Shown: positions 40,406-53,257, counted from the stretch's first letter. The stretch is DNA of 64,000 nucleotides from Octopus sinensis (GCF_006345805.1 NC_043002.1:109864001-109928000), one strand, 5' to 3'. A program made the numbers and translations. Notes: generated by a model not told the origin, from the letters alone.

Positions 40406-41323
40406 CATACATACATACATACATACATACAAACATACATACATAAATACATACATACATACATATATATAGGATAGAAGAAAATATATACTAAAAATAG
40501 GATAGATATATATATAGGAAAAAAAATGGTCGGCAATGCCTGTGCAGAGTTTTAGGTCCAATAAGGCTTGCACAACACCTCATAGACCCTTTCCACTCTA
40601 TTGACATTATCCAGAGACAAGCCGGAGCAAGATGTCTGGTGCCAATATGAGTCGCAGGCTCAGGGATGTGGGAGCGCCGTGATCTCTAGCACAAACCAAA
40701 GATCCCCAAAATGTTCAATGCCATTCCCTGCATATCTGGTTTTATATCAGAGTGACCTTCTCCTAGAGACGTGCTTTAACAAAAGCTGAGGGGCGCCTCA
40801 CTCCCAGTGGTCTTTCAGCACGCCGGACACCACCCCGGAATTTCTACGTACCCGTGCTAACATTTATTGGATGGCCGTTGACATGGTGCATGGCTAAGTA
40901 GTTACGGTGTTACGCTAATGATCGTGATCGCAGTTTCAGTTCCTGGACGGGATGGTGTGTGGCATTCTGAGCAAAACACTTCACCTGGCGTTGCTCTGCG
41001 ATACTTGGACACCTTACATGTGGTACACCGTACACCTTTCCTGGCAATGTCGATTGGATGGACGGAGGGAGCTGATGTACAACCCTATAAACAAATCTTG
41101 TACAATTCTGCTGGGTGTTCACTAATAAATAGCTGTAGTTTTTGTTAGGCTACGGGTAATTATCATCATGTATGTATGTACCTATGTATATCATTGTTCA
41201 GTTTTATTTCAAGATGTCTTGCCAATTAAGAAAGAACCGGTTTCTAACCTAAATCCAAGGCTCCTTCACTGGAATTTCAACATCAACAACAGGGTATTTT
41301 GTATATATATATATATATATATA

Positions 41324-42870
41324 TCTTTATATATAAAAGTGAAGTTGTGTGTCTGTCTCCTACGATTTAGATTCCTAACTACTCCCACATTTTGCGGTGC
41401 AGTTTAACCAAAACCGGGTATCTTATAGTCGTGATTCATATCGAGCCCTTCTGGGTATTAGCGCGGCTCTACGATGAGTCTACGATTTAAAAAAAAATTT
41501 AACATAATTTTTCCGCATTTTTAATGCATTTTCGCTCGGTTTATATAAGGGAAGTAACTCTCTAAAAATGTATTATTAAATCTCAGAACGTAAAAAGCTA
41601 CAGTAACACCCTCCCTTTGTAGTTAGCCATATCGAGATGGCTATTATACTTTACATCTCTAAAAATGCTTATATAGTTATTTCCCTTACAAACCGAGCAA
41701 CGCCGGGCGATACTGCTAGTTATATATAAAAGTGAAGTTGTGTGTGTCTACTACGATTTAGATTCCTAACTACTCCCACATTTTGCGGTGCAGTTTAACC
41801 AAAACCGGGTATCTTATAGTCGTGATTCATATCGAGCCCTCTGGGTATTAGCGCGGCTCTACGATGAGTCTACGATTTAAAAAAAAATTTAACATAATTT
41901 TTCCGCATTTTTAATGCATTTTCGCTCGGTTTATATAAGGGAAGTAACTCTCTAAAAATGTATTATTAAATCTCAGAACGTAAAAAGCTACAGTAACACC
42001 CTCCCTTTGTAGTTAGCCATATCGAGATGGCTATTATACTTTACATCTCTAAAAATGCTTATATAGTCATTTCCCTTACAAACCCGAGCAACGCCGGGCG
42101 ATACTGCTAGTTATATATAAAAGTGAAGTTGTGTGTGTCTACTACGATTTAGATTCCTAACTACTCCCACATTTTGCGGTGCAGTTTAACCAAAACCGGG
42201 TATCTTATAGTCGTGATTCATATCGAGCCCTTCTGGGTATTAGCGCGGCTCTACGATGAGTCTACGATTTAAAAAAAAATTTAACATAATTTTTCCGCAT
42301 TTTTAATGCATTTTCGCTCGGTTTATATAAGGGAAGTAACTCTCTAAAAATGTATTATTAAATCTCAGAACGTAAAAAGCTACAGTAACACCCTCCCTTT
42401 GTAGTTAGCCATATCGAGATGGCTATTATACTTTACATCTCTAAAAATGCTTATATAGTTATTTCCCTTACAAACCCGAGCAACGCCGGGCGATACTGCT
42501 AGTTATATATAAAAGTGAAGTTGTGTGTGTCTACTACGATTTAGATTCCTAACTACTCCCACATTTTGCGGTGCAGTTTAACCAAAACCGGGTATCTTAT
42601 AGTCGTGATTCATATCGAGCCCTTCTGGGTATTAGCGCGCGTCTACGATGAGTCTACGATTTAAAAAAAATTTACCATCATTTTTTCCATTTTAATGCAT
42701 TTTTTTCGCTATTATATAAGGGAAGTAACTCTCTAAAAATGTCTACGACGAGTCAACGATTTAAAAAACAATTTACCATCATTTTTTTCCATTTTTTTGC
42801 TATAACTCTCTAAAAATCCTTACATAGTTATTTCCCTTACAAACCCGAGCAACCCCGGCGATACTGCTAG
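41324..42870 (+). mobile_element. head-to-tail array of 4 non-autonomous Helitrons (41324-41719, 41720-42110, 42111-42502, 42503-42870)
   Basis: 5' A|TCTTTATATATAAAAG; each unit ends with the GC hairpin CCCGAGCAACGCCGGG about 8 nt before CTAG|T, the canonical Helitron TC...CTRR termini at an AT target; units are about 370-395 bp. Confidence 0.9.
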
Positions 42871-43233
42871 TATTTTATAATTAAAAAACAAATTATAAGG
42901 GTGGCTTTCTATCTTGCAGTAACTAACTGTTGCTTTGCAATTTATACTTACTATGACAGACCGGAGTGATTAGAAATAGCAGTCAAAACCACAAGCCTTG
43001 TATTAAAAACGGAAGACGAAAAGCTTCCAGGATATTATTTGTATGAGGAAAACAAGGCAAACGATGGGTGGACAGCAGAAGATGTGGATGTATGTAATTA
43101 CATCTAAGATTAAATAAAAATAACGGCAGCGGACATCAAAAAATGCAGGTCTGATCCCTTCCTGGAAGGTGTTTGAAGGGATGTCAGGATATTAAGTCTG
43201 TTTTTAATTTGTTTATATCTCCCGGGTGGGAGA

Positions 43234-43421
43234 TGGGCTGAATCCTGGAAGTACTGCTATACCAGGTCAACCCGTGGCAAAGGCGGAGCAAGCCCCTAAC
43301 TCTTCGCCTCGTTCTAAAAATCAGTTTAATATCGATGGTCCCAAATAGGGACCGTATCAGATATTAAGCTGATAAGAACAGATACTACACTTTGATCTTA
43401 GCCAAAAGGCCGAGAAGCGAT
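43234..43421 (-). ncRNA. RNU2: U2 spliceosomal snRNA, full length (about 188 nt)
   Basis: Reverse complement starts ATCGCTTCTCGGCCTTTTGGCTAAGATCAAAGTGTAGTATC (canonical U2 5' end with GUAGUA branch-point recognition). Also present: stem IIa TATCAG/CTGATA, IIb GGTCCC/GGGACC, IIc ATATTAA, Sm site ATTTTTAG, stem III GGCGAAG/CTTTGCC, stem IV CCTGG-TATAGCAGTACTT-CCAGG, ending CAGCCCA. Confidence 0.97.
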
Positions 43422-43457
43422 AATTTTTACCCTAGCTTAGAAATATTATACCTATTT

Positions 43458-43473
43458 CTATTTAGTATAGTGA
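43458..43473 (-). promoter_or_regulatory. candidate snRNA proximal sequence element (PSE)
   Basis: Minus strand TCACTATACTAAATAG at -52 to -37 from the U2 start resembles the vertebrate PSE consensus TCACCNTNA(C/G)TNAAAAG. I do not know the mollusc PSE consensus. Confidence 0.4.
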
Positions 43474-43676
43474 CTGATTTATACTTACACTTATATAGCT
43501 GTATTTAATTAGTTCTTCCATATTTTGTAATATCTTTTATTTTATTTCGTAGTAGTTGTTTTATTTAATCCTTTCAATCTGAGAATTTTAATATTTCTAT
43601 TTTTTTAAAAATGATATTATTCTAAGCGTAATCTGTAATTGTGTTGATTTGATAATAAACGTGAATGAAAATTACG

Positions 43677-44073
43677 GGATATTTTCGGTTTGAACGGCAG
43701 TTTTTTCTAGCGGTGTCATATGAAATTGTCACCCATAATTATGACCCTGGTATCGATCTTATTGCATTTCAATCTATTTTAGGGTTAGAGGGGGGTATCT
43801 TTTTTTCTTCAGAAATGTAAATAAACCCAGTCTGTTTCTTAAACGAGGGACATATTCATACGGCACAGAATGTTGTTTACCTCAATAGACGTCAGTGATT
43901 GGTTGAAATTGCAGAAAAAAAAACCCAACAAATATCTTACAAACTATAGAATTTTCTCAATAAAGCCAAGAGAAAAAGATGTTTTATAACACATTCCACC
44001 AGTATAAGAAGTTTAAAATTTTTTAGTTACCTATAAATTATATTAAAAACTGCAACTCAAACCGAAAATATCC
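43677..44073. mobile_element. MITE-like element with about 30-bp imperfect TIRs
   Basis: GGATATTTTCGGTTTGAACGGCAGTTTTT at 43677 is inverted against AAAAACTGCAACTCAAACCGAAAATATCC ending at 44073. Confidence 0.65.
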
Positions 44074-44220
44074 AAAGTACGAATTACGACGGTCCGTAAT
44101 GTTCACGTGACTCTATATCTCACCAGTAAAACATTTATTACTCTTTTACTAAATTAATTATTTTTTAGGTATCATAAATCTCGTAAGTCGTATCGGAAAC
44201 ATTTTCTTGCTTTTCTGAAA

Positions 44221-44611
44221 TCTTTATATATAAAAGTGAAGTTGTGTGTCTGTCTCCTACGATTTAGTTTCCTAACTACTCCCACATTTTGCGGTGCAGT
44301 TTAACCAAAACCGGGCATCTTATAGTGGTGATTCATATCGAGCCCTTCTGGGTATTAGCGCGCGTCTACGATGAGTCTACGATTTAAAAAAAAATTTAAC
44401 ATCATTTTTTTCCATTTTAATGCATTTTTTCGCTATTATATAAGGGAAGTAACTCTCTAAAAATGTCTACGATGAGTCAACGATTTAAAAAAATATTTAC
44501 CATCATTTTTTTTCCATTTTTAATGCATTTTTTTGCTATTTTATAACTCTCTGAAAATGCTTATATAGTTATTTCCCTTACAAACCCGAGCAACGCCGGG
44601 CGATACTGCTA

Positions 44612-44612
<1 letters not shown>
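44221..44612 (+). mobile_element. non-autonomous Helitron, same family
   Basis: A|TCTTTATATATAAAAG ... CCCGAGCAACGCCGGGCGATACTGCTAG|T. Confidence 0.9.
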
Positions 44613-44660
<48 letters not shown>

Positions 44661-45026
44661 ATTGTTAAGTTTTATTTCAAGATTTCTTTCTAATAAAGAA
44701 AGAACTGGTTTCTAATCTAGATCCAAGGCTCCTTCACTGGAATTTCAACATCAGCAGGGTATTTTTGTTTGTTTGTACATATGTATGTATGTATGTATGT
44801 TTGTATGAATGTATGTATGTATGCATGCATGCATGTATGTATGCTTGTATGTATGCTTTATGTATGTATGTATGTATGTATGTATGTATGTATGTATGTA
44901 TGTATGTATGTCGTTATTCAGTTTTATTTCAAGATTTCTTGCCAATAGAGAAAGAGCCGGTTTCTAACCTAGATCCAAGGTTCCTTCATTGCAATTTGAA
45001 GATCAACAACAGGGTATTTTTGCATG

Positions 45027-45057
<31 letters not shown>

Positions 45058-45058
45058 T

Positions 45059-45089
<31 letters not shown>

Positions 45090-45457
45090 TTATGTATGTA
45101 TGTATGTATGTATGTATGTATGTTTGTATGTATGTATGCGCGCGTGTGTGTGTATGTATGTTTGTGTTGATGCGCATCATGGTTTCTTAGCGTGTTGGTA
45201 TTCATGATCGAAAATTATGGGTGGGTTGAGGCATTTTGTTCTTCAGCAAAACACTTCAATTCCCGTTGGCTCAGTCCACTCAACTGGGAAAAATTCGTAA
45301 TCCTGCGACGGACCGGCGCCCTGTCAAGGGGCGGAGGAATACACACGCCACAGAATCCGGGAAACCGGTCATATGAACCTATGAAGCTTTTTGAGATAGA
45401 TGGATAGACAGACGGACGGACAGACAGACAGACAGATAGACAGATAGACAGACAGAC

Positions 45458-45505
<48 letters not shown>

Positions 45506-45510
45506 GGACG

Positions 45511-45546
<36 letters not shown>

Positions 45547-45573
45547 TACATACAGACAGACAGACAGATAGAC

Positions 45574-45637
<64 letters not shown>

Positions 45638-45731
45638 GGATGGACGGACGGACAAACAGACAGACAGAAGGACAGATAGCTAGACAGACAGACAGACACA
45701 CACACACACACCCACCCACACACACACACAC

Positions 45732-45766
<35 letters not shown>

Positions 45767-46103
45767 TAGATAGATATATAGATGTAAGATCCTAGGATGG
45801 AGTTGCAGGAAGAAAGTGACCTTCAAGTAATCCGTAGAAAATATTAAAAATCACTCTAATCTAGGATAAGTGGGTGCGGTTACTGTGTCCATTCCAGTCT
45901 CTGATATTTGTCGTTGTGCAGTCACGGATTAGAAAATAATCGTTTTATAATACGAATCTTAGTCCATCAACGAGCAAGTTTTTCTTTGCGTTCAATTAAC
46001 TCAAATTGCATGATGCCATTATGTAGTCGAACTGATTCCGCAGTCGCGTGGGATATCAAATGAAACAATAATTGCACTTGCACTCACTATTTTGGTGATG
46101 AAA

Positions 46104-46182
46104 AACCCTAACCCTAACCCTAACCCTAACCCGAATCCTAACCCTAACCCTAACCCTAACCTTAACCCTAACCCTAACCCTA
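46104..46182 (-). repeat. interstitial telomere-like (TTAGGG)n, about 13 units
   Basis: (CCCTAA)n on plus with two variant units. Confidence 0.9.
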
Positions 46183-46329
46183 GAGTCTCTTGAATAAAGC
46201 TTTGCGGATGTTTTAATCAGGGCTTCAATAATATATCCAAGAAATTAATTAGTCCATGTGTTTCACATGCTGGACTGCTATATTCAGTTTTCATTTCAAA
46301 TCTCTGCAGACATATTTGGTTTAAAAGTT

Positions 46330-46720
46330 TTTACAAACATCACTTTTCACTTTATTTTGGTGTATTTGGAGTCGGCCGTCGAATTTTATAGTTTTGCACC
46401 TGAAACTGTTTATATCATCAAATTTTGTAGTAGTCAAAACATTTGTGGACCGTATACAATAAAGTCATTAGACTTGCTATAATTTTTAAAGCTTTTTATA
46501 GTTGTCTAATTTTCATGATATAATTACAAGTTCTTAATTACATGTTCTTTATAATACCGTGCTTCCACGACAAGAACAGCTTTATCAGATTCTTCAGTTG
46601 TAATTTCAATGTCTTTTGTTGATCGTTTAGGCTTTTCTATTCCTTCTATCACGAAATTCTATTTTATGTTCTTATTTTCACTCAAATCACTTCGAAAAGA
46701 CATCATAAGTTTTAGAGTAA
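46330..46720 (-). pseudogene. Penelope-like reverse transcriptase fragment (very decayed)
   Basis: DIEITTEESDKAVLVV...YKKL...FRCKTIKFDGRLQIHQ resembles PLE motifs DIxIxxADKGxAVVV and FYGLPKIHK; many stops. Confidence 0.5.
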
Positions 46721-47439
46721 ATATCCAGCTAAATATTCCTTCTTTCCTTCGGGCAAAAATTTCTTTTTCTTTTATTGTGATTCATCATTTTATATCTTTT
46801 ATCATTTACTTGTTTCAGTCAATAGACTACGGCCATATTTGAGTACTGCCTTGAACAGTTTTGCCAAACCGCTAAGTTACAGGGACGGAAAGAAACCAAT
46901 AACGGTCGTCGTGTGGTGATGTGGGGAGGGGCGACAACACAGGTACAAAGACACACCCATCAATAGATACTCACATCTATAGATATACACACAAGACATA
47001 CACGCATGCGCACACACGCACACACACACGCACGCGCACGCACATACAGCTACTATCTAGCAAATTCAGTTTAGTTAACCTGAGGTTATTGTAGATGACA
47101 CTTGCCTAAGGTACCGTGCAGAAGGACCGAACCTGAAACCACTTGATCGCAAAGCGAGCCTTTCATCTGCACAGCTACGCTACGCCCCTAACAACTAACT
47201 TTAACAAAACATGTTCAGCTAACATGAGTTTTGCGGCAGAATTCTCTGGGTTTTTGTTTTTCATTTTAGGAACGTAAACCTTTGGGGTTGTCGCCGTAAA
47301 TGCCAGCCCTTTACTTTGTTCCCTTGAATATCAATTAACGTTTTCTTTGATAAATTTGTAACTTTCTCTTTCTCTTGCTTCGAAGCTATCGTTTCTTCTA
47401 GAACTTATTGAGTTCAATCTAAAACAGCGAACAATTGCA

Positions 47440-48948
47440 CGCTGATCCGCAAAAGAAACGCGAGACATGTGTAACTGTGAAATATGTTTTAATTTCATTA
47501 TGTCAGTGATAAATTTTGATAAATCTAATGAAGTCAATTTCTTGGATTTACTTTGACCACAGTCTATGGGTCGTTGTTGTGTGTTCGGATAGTGGGCGGA
47601 TCCAGCACATCGAGGTTGTAGGGCGTGACATGTTCAATACCGTGTATGTCCTCCCTGGGTGTTCAAAACGGCCATACACTGTCGGTACATGGAGTGCATG
47701 AGGCGGTTCACAAGCGCCATTGGCCCATATCCCGAGGAAAGCTACCTCTTGTTCCACATGAGTTGTTGGCCTTGGGACCACCTGGTTCAGCTGTCTCTGG
47801 ATTTCATCCCACAGGTGTTCAATTGGGTTCAAATCCTAGCTGAGAGCCATGGTTCTGATGTTGTGCTGACGCAGGAAGTCCAAGGTGACCCTGTCCGTGT
47901 GGGAGGGAGCGTTGTCTTACTGGAACATGTGGCTATGAGGACGCGCGAAGAAGGGCATCATGTGAGGCCTTAGGATCTAGTCAACGTAGCGCTGCGCTGT
48001 GATGTCATTTTCTCTGCCTACACCAACATTTTGGAACATACGGGGCCCAATTCTCTGATTCAGGCCTATAGCACCCCAAACCATGATGATTTGACCACCG
48101 CTCGCGTCTCTCTCCATAACACATGCATCTCTGTAGCGTTCACCCCTCCTATGCCACACCTTCACTCAGACATCCGAGGTGGAAACGCAGTACCGGCTCT
48201 CGTCAGAGAAGACTATCGACCTCCATTGTTGATGCCACCAGTGTCGGGCTGCGCAGTCCACTGTCGTCTTGCTTGACGGTGGTGGGCGGTGAAGACAGGC
48301 CCTCGAATAGAACGACGGCAACGCCGGTTGCTGGTGGCCAGTCGACGCCGTACCGTGTCGTCGCTGATGGGTTGCTTTCCAGTGCCAATGGTTTCGCGAG
48401 CTTTTACACTGGCCGGTCTGAAGTGATTACGAAGGTGTTGCAGGTGGGTGAACCGGTCCTACCAGGGCGTGGTCACCCGAGGGGGGCGCCCTCTGCAGTT
48501 GGTGTTATTGTATCTCTGTTGCAGGCAATAAATTGTTCTGTCTTGGGCATTGCAAGCTTTCGCAGCAACCAGGACACGCTGCCCTGCTTGCAACCGGCCG
48601 ATAGCTTGTTCTCTCTGCACTGCTGACAATCTGCTCATTCCTGATGCGTCCAAATTACGAATTTCAGGAACGTTGTCCAAGTTGATTTTTATACCCATTA
48701 CCTCCACGAGACGCACGCGCATTTCGGTTTTCGTGACAATTGTTTGCGACTGCCAACCATGGTATTCAACGCAGCTGCGTTTTGGCACCTCGTTTGAGGG
48801 TAAGTTGAAAGGTTACCTGCAATTTGGGTTTCAGCCATAAATCAGCATGTCTTGGAATATTTACACTTACAACACCGAAATAAATTTCCGGAATTTGCCA
48901 TATAAAAATGACATTTGAAAAAAATCCCTTTTCTTTTGCGGTTCAGTG
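47440..48948 (-). mobile_element. Tc1-family DNA transposon, about 1.5 kb, decayed
   Basis: TIR-like CGCTGATCCGCAAAAGAAA (47440) versus TTTCTTTTGCGGTTCAGTG (ends 48948) enclosing transposase remnants. Confidence 0.85.
47620..48638 (-). pseudogene. Tc1 (DD34E-type) transposase pseudogene
   Basis: MSRLSAVQREQAIGRLQAG...GRPPRVTT (HTH region), TVRRRL, IMVWGAIG, NPIEHLWDE; split over several frames with stops. Confidence 0.9.
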
Positions 48949-49524
48949 AAGTTTAGCGCATCTTTATCATTCTTTGTTCCTCTATATTGAGTTGGTCTAT
49001 CAAATCTATTCCACGTTTTTATTGTTTGTTTTTTGTTAAATGCTAATATTTTGCGCAATATAGTACCTGGTTCATTTGATTAATAATCGCTCTGAACAAT
49101 GTAACCTGTAGTAAAGAACACTTGTATGCAAAGTCAAACGTTGCAAATTGTAAATTTTTTTTAACGATACTTAAAAAGCAAAATACTCGTTTTCCATGAA
49201 TAACTGCAAGAGTGCAAACCGGTGGGTGTTAAACGTGAAAAAAACATTAGTATATCTAAATGGGATATAACAATTATTATTTGTTGTTTAATATAACTAA
49301 AAGGAACAGAATTGGTTCAACTACACACACGCACGCATACACACACAAACACACAAGCACACACACACATAACATGTAAATCATTTACAATTCTATTTTT
49401 AAAAGATCTAATTTTACACACGAAATTTATGTGTATGGTTCATAAAGGAGAATATTCGCTATCGCCCAAGATCACGCGCGCGTGTGTGTATGTGTGTGTG
49501 TATGCGTGTGTGTGTGGTGTGTGT

Positions 49525-49568
<44 letters not shown>

Positions 49569-50644
49569 ATACACGTTTGATACACTTAACCCTATTGAAC
49601 TTTCTTGTCGGGTCTTCACCTCTATAACGAAAGAAATATGGCGTCTTTCACACGTAATAATAGCTTTCTCTGGTCAGTGACATTGCACAGTTATATACGT
49701 ATGTACATCTGTCTTACACTTGATGTATATCTGTCTCTGATGTTTCAACTAATGTTTTGTGATAGCGTATTTTTTTCTCTGCTCATAAAATAGTAAAAAT
49801 GATTACATATATATATAAATAAGTATATGCATGTATATGTAAATATGTATGTATATGTATGTGTGTGCGTGAGAGAGAGCAAATTGTAGAAATATGTGTA
49901 TTTTTCATGTTCTATATTTAATATTGTTTATATTTATTTGCACCGGTAGAGTTGTTTTTATCCTAGAGTAGTTTTTTAGTGTTACAGATGCGTGCGTGTA
50001 TGTATATAGTTGTACACATACATACAAACACACACACATATATATATATGTGGGGGGGTGCATATATACATGTGTATGTATACATACAGACATGTGTAAG
50101 TATGTGTCTGCATACATATACCCATGCCACTCACATATACGTGTGTGTGTGTGTGTGTGTGCGTGTGTGTATGTGTGTGTGTGTGTATGTGTGTGTGTGT
50201 GTGTGTGCGTGTGTGTGTATGTGTGTGTGTGTGTATTTATATATGTGTATGTACACTCGCATTTTTTTTTTTGTAGTTATCAAAATAAGTTTACATGTTG
50301 TCTCTTCGAGATAAGATCGTTGTAGTAAGTCTGGGTAAGGTCGCCGTATGCCGTTGGGAGAAAAGGAATTTGACGTTTCGGAAACGAGAAAGAGAAAAAA
50401 AAAACAGTTTTTCTAGTGATAAGAGCTTTTGTTGACAAATTATTTTATTAATGCCAACTGGCTGCAACGAATATTTCCTCACGGCACGTGCCTAGGACAC
50501 TATATACACACTCATGCACACACACACATACACACACACTCACACACACACATACATACATACATACATACATACATACATACATACATACATACCTACA
50601 TACAAACATACATACATACATACATATTCATATATATTTTCCTT

Positions 50645-50980
<336 letters not shown>

Positions 50981-51281
50981 ATCCACTCTATATATACATA
51001 TTTATTTAAGCATGTATACACGTATGTGTGTGTGCGTGCGTGCGTGTAAAACAAAGCAGTGCAAAATTATAAACAAAAGTTTACGGGAAGTTCACGTTAA
51101 TATTTTTAAGTTGACGGTTCAAAGAAGGGAAAGAAGTTATGGTTTAAAATATTACGTTTCGGATAGAAGTCCTTTGTCGGAAAGTAGAGGAAAGTCCAGG
51201 AGAAACGAGGAAGAGAGGAAACTAGATAAAAAAATGTTAGAAGACAACCAGGAAAAATGCCCGTAGTTTAGTTTCTGTCTG

Positions 51282-51324
<43 letters not shown>

Positions 51325-51332
51325 TATATACA

Positions 51333-51368
<36 letters not shown>

Positions 51369-52202
51369 TCTATATATATATATAATATGCATAGACGCAC
51401 ACACAAATACACACACACGCACGCACACATATATATACACACACACACACTTTCATACCATGTGAGAATGCTACACCTTTATATTAATACTATAATTCAG
51501 CGTTGGGCTTCCATACAGTTACCATTTTGAAAGCTTGGGTCGAATCTTGCTGTAAAAGGACGCTACGCATTTCCCACGAACTCGGTTCTCCGTGACTGCC
51601 AAGTAATTTTATAAACCATTCCCCTAAATCTTCAGCATTGTTACTCAGAGTTTCCCTTACATTTCTTCAGGTGATAAATTTCTTCCGTTTTTATTAAATG
51701 CTTAATTTAATATACAAAACGAAAGATTAGATTCAATTCATTGATTAACCTCGTACTTCTATATTTTGCGCATAGATTTTATAGAGGTGGTTTCCGCTAA
51801 GGGAACTAATTCATAACAAAATCAAGGACAAGTAACATTCTTCTTCCCTCTATTGCAATTTCGAAATTGAAAACTTCGGGATTAAATTTTGAATTCCAAA
51901 TTTCACATTTATCTGAAACTACAAATTTTAATCCAAAGTTTGTAACTTTCATCTTTATTCTGTTGTGTCTGGGGAGAGTAATTTATTTTCTTTTTGTGCC
52001 TTATAATTTAACACACTCCCCTGTAAAATTTCCACTTATTTCTTATTTTTATTTTCTTACCAAAAATCAGCAAAAAAAAAAAAAGAAGAGATTTAACTCT
52101 CCTTAAAATATGAAGGTCTGAATGTAATTCCTCCTGATAATTATTATTTCTTTTGACTGATCTCCGTTACCTGAAACTCTCCTAAAAATCTATGTGCGGT
52201 GG

Positions 52203-52576
52203 TGGAAGCACTCCGTCGGTTACGACGACGAGGGTTCCGGTTCATCCGAATCAACGGAACAGCCTGCTCGTGAAATTAACGTGTAAGTGGCTGAGCACTC
52301 CACAGACACGTGTACCCTTAACGTAGTTCTCGGGGATATTCAGCGTGACACAGAGAGTGACAAGGCCGACCCTTTCAACAGAAACAGGAAGTAAGAGTGA
52401 GAGAAAGTTGTGGTGAAAGAGTACAGAAGGGATCACCACCATCCCCTGCCGGAGCCTCGTGGAGCTTTTAGGTGTTTTCGCTCAATAAACACTCACAACG
52501 CCCAGTCTGGGAATCGAAATCGCGATCCTATGACCGCGAGTCCGCTGCCCTAACCACTGGGCCATTGCGCCTCCAC
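52203..52576 (-). mobile_element. SINE family A
   Basis: Full-length match; partial TSD CTATGTGC. Confidence 0.9.
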
Positions 52577-53017
52577 CTATGTGCAGTACGCACTTGACTT
52601 AGGATAACAAATGGAGTGTAAACGCTCTAGAGCCATCTTCGATACTTTTCCTGTTTTTGTGAGTAGACGAGATTTGTTGCCTGACGAAATGTGACTGTAG
52701 AAATCCGAAGAGGGAGAGAGCAAATTGTAGAAATATGTGTATCATTCATGTTCTATATAAAGCTTCTTCTGGGCAAGTTAGATAATTGTAAAGATCCAGG
52801 TGTAGCTGTGTGGAGTAAAAGATTTGCAGCCAGGGGTTTTCGGGTTCGGTCCAATTGTACAGCACCTTGGGGCAAGCGTCTCCTGTAGCTTCTTCCGTCT
52901 ACCAAATTCACTCGCAATGCCTTGTCAGAGAATTTAATAGAGGGAAACTGCGTGGAGTGCCGTTGTATATAAATGTATATATGTATGTGGGCGGTATATA
53001 AATGTATATATGTATAT

Positions 53018-53257
53018 AGGCGGTGAGCTGGCAGAAACGTTAGCACGCCGGGCGAAATGCGTAGCCGTATTTCGTCTGCCGTTACGTTCCGAGTTCAAAT
53101 TCCGCCGAGGTCGACTTTGCCTTTCATTCTTTCGGGGTCGATAAATAAAGTAATAAAGTACCAGTTACGCACTGGGGTCGATGTAATCGACTTAATCCCT
53201 TTGTCTGTCCTTGTTTGTCCCCTCTATGTTTAGCCCCTTGTGGGCAGTAAAGAAATA
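53018..53257 (+). mobile_element. SINE family B
   Basis: Full-length match. Confidence 0.85.

Larger units (their letters stand above)
41191..45021 (-). repeat. three copies of a 110-bp microsatellite-tailed element (41191-41300, 44659-44766, 44911-45021)
   Basis: GTTTTATTTCAAGAT...GGTTTCTAACCTAGATCCAAGG...AGGGTATTTT; on minus it ends GAAATAAAAC then (CATA)n or (TA)n. Confidence 0.75.

Noticed and set aside
41324-42870. Regular array as CRISPR or satellite
   Set aside because: Units are about 390 bp with Helitron termini and no unique spacers.
43234-43421. U2 as a retroposed pseudogene
   Set aside because: It is full length with all helices paired and has no poly(A) tail or TSD; activity is still unproven.
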